Shown: positions 1-11,140 of the stretch, in pieces | How the letters are laid out: each line of letters starts with the position of its first letter | How positions within the stretch are numbered: position 1 is the stretch's first letter | Origin: an uncultured Gemmatimonadales bacterium | Lineage (GTDB): Bacteria; Gemmatimonadota; Gemmatimonadetes; Longimicrobiales; Longimicrobiaceae | Length of the DNA: 64,000 nucleotides | Reading direction: 5' to 3' | Assembly: GCA_963716255.1 (NCBI GenBank) | Contig: OY970303.1 | Location: forward strand, 2,752,001-2,816,000 | The notes under the pieces: model-generated | Database searches by the model: none | Told to the model about the DNA's origin: nothing | What the model saw: only the letters and a program-made list of their open reading frames with translations | Made by a program: the position numbers and the translations under genes

Positions 1-1061
1 CCCGCCACCTCCACGGCCTCGCGCACGTGCGAGCGGAGCCCTTCGGGAGGCACCAGCCCCGGTGCCAGCTCCCCGGCGTGCAGGCTGAAGCGCACGCGCG
101 GGTAGAGCCGCCGCAGGTGGCCGATCATGCGCATCTGCAGCGAGTAGTCGCGCATGGAAACCAGCCCGTCCTCCGGCTGCACCAGGTTGAAGCCCACCAC
201 CCGCGGATCGGCGGAGGCCATCTCGAACCCGGCCAGGATCTGGGCGAAGACGCTCGCGGGCGGGCGGCCGCGGCTCACCTGGTACAGGTAGCGCACCTCC
301 ACCGCGCACCCGGGGTCCGTCCCCGGCGCCCCGCAGCGGAGCAGTTCCCGGCGGCGCTCTTCCGCGGCCGCGAGCGCGCGCGACGCCGCGGCGAGGGTGT
401 CGCGCAGCCCCGCGCCCAGCAGGCGCTCGCGCAGCCGGCGGAACTGGGCCTCCTCCTCCTCGTCCTCGCGCCAGCCGGCTTGCGCCCCCAGGGCGGCCAC
501 CCCGCCGCCGTCCGGGGTGAGCATGAGCTCCAGGTAGCTCACCCGCCCGTGCGCCGCGCGCGAGGTCGCCTCGGCCAGCATGTCGCCGGTGCGCCCCTGC
601 CCACCCGCGCCGAACTTGCCGAAGGAGTCGAAGAACTGGTCGTGCCCGTTCTCGCGCGCCGGGTGCCAGTTGCGCATGGACCAGGCGTCGATCATCCCGG
701 CGCGCAGCCCGCCGTCGCGCAGCGCCTGCGCCGCGGGGACCACGCCGGCCGCCGAGTCGCACGGCGCGGGCGCGAGCCCCAGCGTGCGCCGGTTCACGCA
801 CAGCCCCGCCTCCGCGGCCCAGGCGACGTAGCTCTCGGCGTACACCGCGCCGGAAAGGTGGCTGTGCAGGTCGCCGCCCTTGGGCATGCGGCGCAGGAAG
901 GCCACCAGCTGCGGCGGCTGCCCGCGGACGGCGTCGAAGCGCAGGTGCGTGCGCTCCTCGTCGGAGCGCGGCGCCTGGGCGCGCGCCGGAGCGGCCCCGG
1001 CGAGGAGGAGCAGGGCGCCGGGGAGCAGCCCGCGGAGCGCGGCCGCGCGGAATCGATGCAT
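1..1061 (-). CDS. Secreted adenosine deaminase-family protein (ADA2/ADGF-like); 3' end runs off the window
   Basis: Manual translation from the ATG at 1061 gives MHRFRAAALRGLLPGALLLLAGAAPARAQ (signal peptide) then MPKGGDLHSHLSGAVYAE, the HxH metal-binding motif of adenosine deaminases. Absent from the ORF track because no stop lies in the window. Confidence 0.8.
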   Translation of the reverse strand, partial: MHRFRAAALRGLLPGALLLLAGAAPARAQAPRSDEERTHLRFDAVRGQPPQLVAFLRRMPKGGDLHSHLSGAVYAESYVAWAAEAGLCVNRRTLGLAPAPCDSAAGVVPAAQALRDGGLRAGMIDAWSMRNWHPARENGHDQFFDSFGKFGAGGQGRTGDMLAEATSRAAHGRVSYLELMLTPDGGGVAALGAQAGWREDEEEEAQFRRLRERLLGAGLRDTLAAASRALAAAEERRRELLRCGAPGTDPGCAVEVRYLYQVSRGRPPASVFAQILAGFEMASADPRVVGFNLVQPEDGLVSMRDYSLQMRMIGHLRRLYPRVRFSLHAGELAPGLVPPEGLRSHVREAVEVA

Positions 1062-1204
1062 GAAAGTCGGCGAGGTGTCGGCGTACGGAATGGACCCGCG
1101 GCGGGAAGGCCGACGGTGGAGGAGAATACGGCGGCAACCCGAGAGCCGCAAATCGCCGCCGCCGCCGGAGACGTGGCGTGGCCGGCCGAACGAAGCAGCC
1201 CGGA

Positions 1205-1263
1205 GGACCCTCACCCGGCGGCCTGAGAGCCGCCACCCCCTCCCGATTCCGGGAGAGGGGGCC
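1205..1263 (-). repeat. REP-like palindromic repeat, family C copy 1
   Basis: Reverse complement GGCCCCCTCTCCCGGAATCGGGAGGGGGTGGCG...CCGGGTGAGGG matches 52404-52462 and in part 14655-14743. Confidence 0.75.
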
Positions 1264-1295
1264 GACTGCTGGATCCGGAGTACGGGCAGGTACTT

Positions 1296-1424
1296 GCGTG
1301 AGGGATTCCGGCCCGAAGGGGCGAGACCGCGCGGCTGTTTGCGCGGGCTCGACTCCGTTGCAAACGGCAGTATCGTTTGCTACGGAGCCGAAGCCCGACC
1401 CCGGCGCCAGCCGGGGGCACGCCC
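1296..1424 (-). repeat. Structured intergenic repeat, family A copy 1 (about 130 nt)
   Basis: GGGCGTGCCCC...GGGTCGGGCTTCGGCTCCGT...ACGGAGTCGAGC...TCTCGCCCCTTCGGGCCGRAATCCCTCACGC, found five times in the window. Confidence 0.9.
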
Positions 1425-1456
1425 GACCCCGCCGTACCGGGCCGTTCCAGCCCGCC

Positions 1457-2452
1457 TCAGCGCCCTCCTGGAACCCCCGGCACGACGGCCCCCGGCGGAA
1501 GCACCCGGCGGGCCACCACGAAATGAGTGCGATAATACTCGCCGCGCCGGCTGGCCAGGTCGTCGTAGCGCACTCCCCTGCCGCTGGACGAGCTGTGCAG
1601 GATGCGCCCGTCGCCCACGTACATGGCCGCGTGGTCGATGTAGGCCCCGTCCCTGGCAAAGAACATCAGGTCCCCGGGGCGCAGCTCCTCGATGCGGGCC
1701 GGCACCGGCTCCCCCACCTGCGCCTGGTCGCGCGTGACCCGCGGCAGCTCAATCCCGTGCGCGCGGTACACGTAGCGCAGGAAGCCGGAGCAGTCGAACC
1801 CCTCCTCCGGGGTGTTCCCGCCCCAGCGGTACGGCACGCCCAGGAAGCCCGCCCCCGTGCCGATGGCGAGCGCGGCCACGGGCGCGGCGGCGGCGGCGGT
1901 CCCCGAAGCCGGGATGAAGATGGACGCGCGCTCGCGCCGGGCCGCCGTGCGGCGCAGCGCAGCCGCGGCCGGAGCCCCGCCGAAGGCGAGCGCGACCCCG
2001 GCGCGCACCTCCAGCCGGGCCGCCATCCCCTCCGCGAACGGGGTGCGGTAGCGGGCCTCCCCTTCCAGCGCGAACGGGCCGGCGACGTGCCGCGTGTACA
2101 CGCCGCCCACGCTGGTGGAAAGCGCCGCGCCGCCCGCCTCCGTCTGCTGCGCGCCCACGCCCACCAGCAGCCTCACGCCGTCCAGCCCGGGGACCAGCCT
2201 CCCCAGGTGCCCCGTCCCGTCCAGGTCCGCCATCCAGCGGGAGGGCGCGCCCGCGTCGCGTGGCACCGCGTCCACCGCGGCGCCCAGGCGAATGCCCAGG
2301 CCGTCGCGCTCGGTGCCCAGCGTGCCCCCCACCCGGGCCGCGGTGAGCCCCGCCCCGGTGGAGGTGAACGCCGAAACGCTGGTGCGGCCCTGCGCGGACA
2401 GGGCGGCGGGAACGAGCAGCAGGGCGGGAAGGAGGGCGAGGGTGCGTGTCAT
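1457..2452 (-). CDS. NlpC/P60 (C40) cell-wall peptidase with signal peptide and N-terminal beta-strand-rich region
   Basis: GVPYRWGGNTPEEGFDCSGF...YIDHAAMYVGDGRILHSS (Cys-His-His). Start placed at MTRTLALLPALLLVPAALSAQ. Confidence 0.85.
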   Translation of the reverse strand: MTRTLALLPALLLVPAALSAQGRTSVSAFTSTGAGLTAARVGGTLGTERDGLGIRLGAAVDAVPRDAGAPSRWMADLDGTGHLGRLVPGLDGVRLLVGVGAQQTEAGGAALSTSVGGVYTRHVAGPFALEGEARYRTPFAEGMAARLEVRAGVALAFGGAPAAAALRRTAARRERASIFIPASGTAAAAAPVAALAIGTGAGFLGVPYRWGGNTPEEGFDCSGFLRYVYRAHGIELPRVTRDQAQVGEPVPARIEELRPGDLMFFARDGAYIDHAAMYVGDGRILHSSSSGRGVRYDDLASRRGEYYRTHFVVARRVLPPGAVVPGVPGGR

Positions 2453-2736
2453 GGTACGGCGGGGGTGCGGCGGAAACGGCGGAGGTCCCACCGGCGCGCG
2501 TGCGCGGAGCCGGCGAGGCGGATGGAGGCGGACGTTTTTTCGGGGGAGGGCCGCGCGCCCGCGCGGCCACCCGCAAGTTTGGCCCGGGAGGGCCGCAGCG
2601 CAAGAGTGTCCTTGCGCCACGGCCCGCGCCCCGCAGATTCGGAGCAGTATGCCGTCCGGACATGGTTCATGCCTGAACGACAGGCGGAAGCTTCCGAACG
2701 GGCGGAAAAAACGGCCGTTTCGGCAGCTTGCCGGAG

Positions 2737-2757
2737 TGCGGTTAAGTTGCGGTTAAG
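2737..2757. promoter_or_regulatory. Putative transcription-factor box: 10-bp direct repeat with 11-bp period
   Basis: TGCGGTTAAG-T-TGCGGTTAAG in the divergent NlpC/lon intergenic region. Confidence 0.4.
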
Positions 2758-2910
2758 ACGTCACTTACGTGGACAATCCAAAGGCACGAACGGAGTTACG
2801 TCGGGTAACAGGGGCGTGGCAAGCGAAATGCGAAAGGGGGTCGTAGCAGCGAGGCGCTCGCGGACTGGCGCGGCGCCCCGGCGGACTACCGCAAAAGGAA
2901 GGGTATCCCG

Positions 2911-5496
<2,586 letters not shown>

Positions 5497-5518
5497 GGCG
5501 TTGATCGGGTGAACGAAG

Positions 5519-5559
5519 CGAAGCCCCCGGAGGTTGGTTCTCCGGGGGCTTCGTCTTTT
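5519..5559 (+). terminator. Intrinsic terminator after lon
   Basis: CGAAGCCCCCGGAG-7nt-CTCCGGGGGCTTCG followed by TCTTTT. Confidence 0.8.
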
Positions 5560-5585
5560 ACGGAACGGCTTTGAACGGCGGGGGT

Positions 5586-5712
5586 GGGCGTGCCCCCGCT
5601 GGCGCGGGGTCGGGCTTCGGCTCCGTAGCAAACGATACTACCGTTTGCAACGGAGTCGAGCCCCGCGAAACTGCCCGCGGGTCTCGCCCCTTCGGGCCGG
5701 AATCCCTCACGC
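5586..5712 (+). repeat. Family A repeat copy 2
   Basis: Same termini and hairpins as copy 1; inner stem GCAAACG/CGTTTGC. Confidence 0.9.
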
Positions 5713-5858
5713 GGCTCCGCGCTTGCGTCCTCACGGCGCCGTGGACGGGCTCCCGGCCCTCGCCCGTCGACAAAGCGCAGGGGAGCTGCGTCCCGGTGCG
5801 GGTCGCGGCTCCCCTGCGAGGTCGCCGCCGGGCGCGGGGCCCGGCGGGCGGCGGCGGT

Positions 5859-6209
5859 CTACTTGACGTGCTGGTTGACCAGCTTGGTCATCTCGAACAT
5901 GGTGACCTGGTCCTTGCCGAAGATCGGCCGGAGCTTGTCGTCCGCGTTGATGTTCCGCCGGTTCTGGGAGTCCTGCAGGTTGTTCTTCTTGATGTAGTCC
6001 CAGATCTTCTTGGTCATCTCGGACCGCGGAAGCGGGTCCTTGCCGACGATGGCGGCCAGCTCCTTGTCCGGCGTCACCGGCTGCGCGATCCCGCCCCGCG
6101 CCTCGCGCGCTCCGCCCTCTCCGCCGGCGGACTTCTTGGCCGTGGACTTCTTGGCCGTGGTCTTCTTCGCAGCAGACTTCGTGGTGGTGCCCTTCTTGGG
6201 GGTGGCCAT
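5859..6209 (-). CDS. Stand-alone SWIB/MDM2-domain protein with Lys/Ala-rich N-terminal tail
   Basis: ELAAIVGKDPLPRSEMTKKIWDYIKKNNLQDSQNRRNINADDKLRPIFGKDQVTMFEMTKLV is a typical SWIB domain; tail KKTTAKKSTAKKS; GGAG-like RBS. Confidence 0.9.
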   Translation of the reverse strand: MATPKKGTTTKSAAKKTTAKKSTAKKSAGGEGGAREARGGIAQPVTPDKELAAIVGKDPLPRSEMTKKIWDYIKKNNLQDSQNRRNINADDKLRPIFGKDQVTMFEMTKLVNQHVK

Positions 6210-6489
6210 GGAGCGGTCTCCTGGTCTGGGTAGAGAAGCGAGCGAACGAAGGTGCTCGACTGCGGGCGTGCGGCCCGACGTACCGCAAGAGGGGAGTTCG
6301 CGGCCGAAATGTCAAGGTTTCCGGAGCGAATTCGCCTTCGTGGACGCCCGAAAGGCCCGCGAGAGCACCCTCGCCGCTCCCCCCGGGCCACCCCCGCCCC
6401 CACGAGCGCAGCAAAAAACGGCCCGGACGCGAGCCCCACGAGGCGCGTCCGGACCGTCCCTTCACGTCGTGCTCCCCCAAAAAATCTCT

Positions 6490-6620
6490 GCGGAGGGAGA
6501 CCCGCCGGCAGTTTGGCGGGGCTCCCGCAGCCGGAGCGGAGACGGCGGGGCGGTTTCCGCTGGCTCCGCGACCCGCGCAGGAGACGGACGGCAGTATCGT
6601 CCGGCTCCGGAGCGGCCCCG
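6490..6620 (-). repeat. Structured intergenic repeat, family B copy 1 (three hairpin modules)
   Basis: Reverse complement GGGCCGCTCCGGAGC-stem-ATACTGC-stem-TCTCC..., similar to 10952-11070 and 14479-14630. Confidence 0.8.
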
Positions 6621-6645
6621 ACGCGCCGGCAGTCTGCTCTATCGA

Positions 6646-8052
6646 TCAGTACCCCCGCACCGCCTTGAGCGCGTTCACCAACCCGTACCCTTCCTTCGAG
6701 TGCCGGCTGGGATAGTACGAGCCGCTCTGCTGCAGACGCGCGCGGAGCTGGTCGCGCGTGAGCCCCGGGTTCCTGGACCACACCAGCGCCGCGATGCCGC
6801 CCATCACCGCGGTGGCGTTGGAGCTGCCGCCCATCTCCACGATGTCCGCCGTGTACTGCCCGGTGCTGGGAACCGACAGGTACGCCGTCAGCTCCACGTC
6901 GCTCCCGTAGTGGATGCCGCAGGGGACCCCGCCGCCCGGGTAGGTGATCCCGGTGACCGCCACCACCTCCGGCATGTCGGCCGGGAAGATGACGTTGCTG
7001 TCCAGGATGCCGTCGCCGCAGCCGGAGGTCCCCGCCGCGCCCAGGAACAGCACGGGGCGGTTGTAGTGCCAGTACTCGATCTCGTCCGACACCTGCCACA
7101 GCCAGTTCAGCGACTCCCACGCCATCACCACCACCTGCGACCCGTTCTGCGCCGCGGCGCGCACCGAGCCCGCGGCGTCGCTGGCGGAGACCGCCGCCAC
7201 CCCGCTGGCCTGCCGCACGCTGACCAGGTTGGCCCGGTACGCCACGCCGCCCACGCTGCGCCCGTCGCGCGGCGCGGCGATGATCCCGGCCATGCGCGTG
7301 CCGTGGCCGCAGTCGTCGTACGCGCTCCCCAGGTGCGTGAGGTAGAAGAGGCGCACGCTGCGGCCGGTGCTCTCGCCGGTGGCGAACTGGCTGAGGAGCT
7401 GCGCCTGGTTGGCGGAGATCCCCGTGTCGGTGAGGCCCACGGTGACGCCGGCGCCGCTGCTCAGCGCCCACGCCGCCGGGATGTTCATGGCCGTCCACTT
7501 CTGCGAGTACACGTCGCCGGAGGAGGTGTACTGCCGGTCGCCCGTCCAGGCGCTCCCCCACCCGCACCCGCCCACCCCCGCGAACTGCTGCGGCATGGGG
7601 TCGCCGAAGACCGGCTCCACGTAGTCCACGAAGGGGAGCCTGCGCACGGCCGCGAGCGCCGCCGGCCCGTCCAGCCGCAGCTCGAGCACGGGGAGCAGGG
7701 TGTCCGCGCGCAGCAGCGTCACGCCGCGCTGCGCCGCCACCGCGGCGCGCCCCTGGCTCCACTCGGAGCGGCCCACCAGCACCCGGCCGCGGTACACGCC
7801 GCGGTTTGCGCCGGGCGACCGGAGCCCCACGGCGACGCGGCCGTCGCCGGCGGCGACGTAGCGCCACAGCTCGGCGTCGGGGAGGTCGGCGAGGGTGCCC
7901 GGGCGCTGCTGGCCGCGGCCGGGCACCTGCGGGTCCTGCGCGGCGGAGGCGGCGGGCGCCGCCGGGGCCAGCGGCGCGGGTGCGTCGTCCGAGCAGGCGG
8001 CGAGGAAGGCGAGGGCGACGGCGAGCACCGCGCGGGGAAGCGGATGGCGCAT
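6646..8052 (-). CDS. S8 (subtilisin-like) serine peptidase, lipoprotein
   Basis: Lipobox LAAC; triad motifs LTDTGI, HGTRMAGII, GGSSNATA; C-terminal GYGLVNA. Confidence 0.88.
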   Translation of the reverse strand: MRHPLPRAVLAVALAFLAACSDDAPAPLAPAAPAASAAQDPQVPGRGQQRPGTLADLPDAELWRYVAAGDGRVAVGLRSPGANRGVYRGRVLVGRSEWSQGRAAVAAQRGVTLLRADTLLPVLELRLDGPAALAAVRRLPFVDYVEPVFGDPMPQQFAGVGGCGWGSAWTGDRQYTSSGDVYSQKWTAMNIPAAWALSSGAGVTVGLTDTGISANQAQLLSQFATGESTGRSVRLFYLTHLGSAYDDCGHGTRMAGIIAAPRDGRSVGGVAYRANLVSVRQASGVAAVSASDAAGSVRAAAQNGSQVVVMAWESLNWLWQVSDEIEYWHYNRPVLFLGAAGTSGCGDGILDSNVIFPADMPEVVAVTGITYPGGGVPCGIHYGSDVELTAYLSVPSTGQYTADIVEMGGSSNATAVMGGIAALVWSRNPGLTRDQLRARLQQSGSYYPSRHSKEGYGLVNALKAVRGY

Positions 8053-8246
8053 ACGTGACCTTTCCGGTAGGGGATGGGCGGGAACGGCGGCCAGCGGGGG
8101 ATGCGGGACCGCGATGGCGACTTGTGTCGCAAAATATGGGTTCTGGGTGGCGGTGCGCGCAACCTCCTGCGGGAAAAGGGGTGGGCGGCACACGGCCCGC
8201 CGCTTGCAAAGCCCGGGGGCCGCACACCTGACGGAGAGACCGAGAC

Positions 8247-9950
8247 TTGAGAGACCGGAACCCCGCGCGGCGCACTCCCGGTGCGCTGCTCCTGCTCGCG
8301 TCCCTGGGGGCCTGCGCGCCCTCCGGGCCGCCTGCCACCGCGCCGGCACCCGCACCGCGGCCCGAGGCCGCCCCGGAGCGCCTCCCGTACGTGCCGGTGA
8401 GCCCCGCGCTCCCGCCCATCCCGGAGGCGGACGGCCCGCTGGCGATCCGGGTGGTGCACCCCGGCCCGGGGAGCCCCCGGCCGCGGGTGGACTCCACCTA
8501 CATCTACGGCTCCGTGGGCACCGGGCGGGCCGCGCTCGACGTCAACGGCACCCCCGTGCCCGTGGCCCCCAACGGCGCGTTCCTGGCCTTTCTCCCCCTC
8601 CCCGCCGACGGCCGCTGGGAGTTGACCGCCCGGGGGACCGGGGAGCCGGTGCGGGCCACGGTAGCGTACGCGGCCCCGCCCGCCCCGCGGCCGGCCGCCC
8701 CCGCCCGCCCCGACACCATGCAGGCGGACACCGCCCAGGGAGACCCGGTGCGGGCCGACAGCGCGGCCGCCCCGGCAGCGCCCGCGGCACCTCCCGCGCC
8801 CGCGTTCACGCCGCAGTCGGCGACGGTCACCGGCGGGGACACGCTGGCCACCGGCAGCGACGTGGCCATCGGGCGGCCCACGCCCACGGGAACGTACCGC
8901 TGGTTCCTCCCGCGCGGGGCACGCGTCCGGGTGGTGGAGCGCCGCGGCGACCAGCTCCGCGTGCAGCTGGACAGCGCCACCAGCGCCTGGTTCCCGGCCG
9001 GCTCGCTGGCGCTCGACGGACCCGGGCTGCCGGCGCGCGTCGAGGCCGCAGGCGGCGCCGCGCGGCTGAGCGTGACCCCGGCCGCGGAGTGGGTGGACCT
9101 GCGCTTCGCCGTGCAGCGGGCGCCCTTCCTGGTGCAGGCCGCCGACGACCGCCTGACGGTGACGCTGTACGGCCGCGCCGCGCCCGCCCGCTCGGACGCC
9201 CCGCCCGCCGGAGACTCGCTGCTCGCCGGCATCTCGTGGCGGCCGGGCACGCCCGGGCGCGCCGAGGCCGAGGTGCGGCTGGCGCGCCCGCTCTGGGGGT
9301 ACAAGGCGTTCTACACGCGCGACGGCACGCTGGTGCTGCGCGTCCGCCGGCCGCCCGCCGTGGACCCCGCTGCCCCGCTGCGCGGCGTGCGCGTGGCCGT
9401 GGACCCCGGGCACCCGCCGGCGGGCGCCACCGGCCCCACCGGGCTGACCGAGGCGGAAGCCAACCTGGCCATCGGGACTCGGCTGGCGGAGCGGCTGCGC
9501 GCGCGCGGGGCGGACGTGCTCCTCACCCGCGCCGCGAACGTCCCCGTGGAGCTGGGCGCGCGGACCGACACCGCCGTGGCCTGGGACGCCGACCTGCTGG
9601 TGTCCGTGCACAACAACGCCTTCGGCGAGGGGGTCGACCCCTTCCGCAACCACAGCACCGCCGTGTACTACTTCCAGCCCTTTTCCGCGGCGCTGGCGCG
9701 CGAGCTGGACCGCGAGATCGTGGGCGTCACCCGCATCCCCGACCTGGGCGCCCGGCAGTCCAACCTGGCGCTGGCGCGCCCCACCTGGATGCCTTCCGCC
9801 CTCACCGAGTCGCTGTTCATGCTCATCCCCGAGCAGGAAGCCGCCCTGCGCGACCCCGAGTTCCTGGACCGCCTGGCCGACGCCCACGTCCGCGGCATCG
9901 AGGCCTTTCTCCGCACCCGTGCCGGCGCCGCGGGCGCCCCCGCCCGCTGA
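8247..9950 (+). CDS. N-acetylmuramoyl-L-alanine amidase (Amidase_3), lipoprotein
   Basis: VAVDPGHPP...TEAEANL...LVSVHNNA...SALTESLF zinc-amidase motifs; LGAC lipobox; TTG start uncertain. Confidence 0.88.
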   Translation: MRDRNPARRTPGALLLLASLGACAPSGPPATAPAPAPRPEAAPERLPYVPVSPALPPIPEADGPLAIRVVHPGPGSPRPRVDSTYIYGSVGTGRAALDVNGTPVPVAPNGAFLAFLPLPADGRWELTARGTGEPVRATVAYAAPPAPRPAAPARPDTMQADTAQGDPVRADSAAAPAAPAAPPAPAFTPQSATVTGGDTLATGSDVAIGRPTPTGTYRWFLPRGARVRVVERRGDQLRVQLDSATSAWFPAGSLALDGPGLPARVEAAGGAARLSVTPAAEWVDLRFAVQRAPFLVQAADDRLTVTLYGRAAPARSDAPPAGDSLLAGISWRPGTPGRAEAEVRLARPLWGYKAFYTRDGTLVLRVRRPPAVDPAAPLRGVRVAVDPGHPPAGATGPTGLTEAEANLAIGTRLAERLRARGADVLLTRAANVPVELGARTDTAVAWDADLLVSVHNNAFGEGVDPFRNHSTAVYYFQPFSAALARELDREIVGVTRIPDLGARQSNLALARPTWMPSALTESLFMLIPEQEAALRDPEFLDRLADAHVRGIEAFLRTRAGAAGAPAR

Positions 9951-10930
9951 TGCGCGCCGTCGTCATCGCCCGCCCCGGCGGGCCCGAGGTGCTCCGGATG
10001 GCCGAGCGCCCCCTCCCCGAGCCCGGCCCCGGCGAGATCCGGGTGCGGGTGCGCGCCTCCGCGCTGAACCGCGCGGACCTGCTCCAGCGGCGCGGCGTCT
10101 ACCCCGCCCCGCCGGGCGCGCCGCAGGACATCCCCGGCCTGGAGTACGCCGGCGAGGTGGACGCCGTGGGCGAGGGCGCGGGGCTGTGGGCCGTGGGGAA
10201 CCGGGTGATGGGGATCGTGGGCGGCGGCGGCCACGCCGAGCACGTCGTGGTACACGAGCGCGAGGCCATGCGCATCCCGCAGGGGCTCTCGTACGAGGAG
10301 GGCGCCGCCATCCCCGAGGCGTTCCTCACCGCGTACGACGCGCTCTTCACCCGGCTGGAGCTGGTGATGGGGGAGCGCGTGCTGATCCACGCCGTGGGGA
10401 GCGGCGTGGGGACCGCCGCCCTGCAGCTGGCCCGCACCGCCGGCGCCATGGTCATCGGCACCTCGCGCAGCCCCGAGAAGCTGCGCCGCGCCGGGGAGCT
10501 GGGGCTGGACGTGGCGATCGACACCTCCAGGGAGGACCTTCCCGCCGCCCTGGAGAACGCCACCTACGGCAGCGGGGTGCACGCCGTGGTGGACCTGGTG
10601 GGGGGAAAGATCCTCGAGGAGTCGCTGCGCGGCCTGGCCCAGGGGGGCCGGGTGGTGGTGGTGGGCACCGTCGCCGGCTCGAAGGTGGAGCTGGACCTGG
10701 GGCTCCTCCTGCAGCGCCGCATCCGCATCGTGGGCACCGTGCTGCGCACCCGCCCGCTGGAAGAGAAGATCGCCCTTGCCCGGGAGTTCTCCAGCACCGT
10801 CCTCCCGCTGCTCTCGTCCGGCAAGATCCGCCCCGTCATCGACCGCACCTACCCGTTTTCGGAGATCGCCGAGGCGCACCGGCAGATGGAGCAGAACGAC
10901 ACCTTCGGCAAGATCGTGCTGACGTGGTGA
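9950..10930 (+). CDS. NAD(P)H-quinone oxidoreductase, PIG3/zeta-crystallin family
   Basis: MRAVVIARPGGPEVL, ALNRADLLQRRGVYP, PGLEYAG, HAVGSGVGTAA, FGKIVL; ATG overlaps the amidase stop. Confidence 0.92.
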   Translation: MRAVVIARPGGPEVLRMAERPLPEPGPGEIRVRVRASALNRADLLQRRGVYPAPPGAPQDIPGLEYAGEVDAVGEGAGLWAVGNRVMGIVGGGGHAEHVVVHEREAMRIPQGLSYEEGAAIPEAFLTAYDALFTRLELVMGERVLIHAVGSGVGTAALQLARTAGAMVIGTSRSPEKLRRAGELGLDVAIDTSREDLPAALENATYGSGVHAVVDLVGGKILEESLRGLAQGGRVVVVGTVAGSKVELDLGLLLQRRIRIVGTVLRTRPLEEKIALAREFSSTVLPLLSSGKIRPVIDRTYPFSEIAEAHRQMEQNDTFGKIVLTW

Positions 10931-10951
10931 GCTGAGGGTCGGCGAGGGTTG

Positions 10952-11070
10952 GCGGGCCGCTACGGAGCCCGGGCAAACTGCGCCCGGTCTCCTCCGCGGG
11001 CTCCGGGAGCCCCGGGAAACCGCCCCCGGGTCTCCCTCCGAACAGACTTTTATGGGTACGGCGAACGGCA
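10952..11070 (+). repeat. Family B repeat copy 2 (two hairpin modules)
   Basis: GGAGC-CCGGGC-AAACTGC-GCCCGG-TCTCC and GGGAGC-CCCGGG-AAACCGCC-CCCGGG-TCTCCC. Confidence 0.8.
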
Positions 11071-11112
11071 AAAAACGGCGCCCCCACCGGGATCTCCCGG
11101 TGGGGGCGCCGT
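11070..11112 (-). terminator. Intrinsic terminator for the minus-strand metalloprotease gene
   Basis: Long hairpin ACGGCGCCCCCACCGGGA/TCCCGGTGGGGGCGCCGT with an A-tract on the plus strand (U-tract on minus). Confidence 0.75.
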
Positions 11113-11140
11113 CCTGCCGTTGCAGGCTGTTCCCTGTTCC

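Noticed and set aside
1296..1424. Family A as a tRNA, HDV-like ribozyme or classical IS/MITE
   Set aside because: No tRNA T-loop or cloverleaf; I could not build the nested double pseudoknot by eye; terminal inverted repeat is only 5 bp, with no evident target duplication or transposase.
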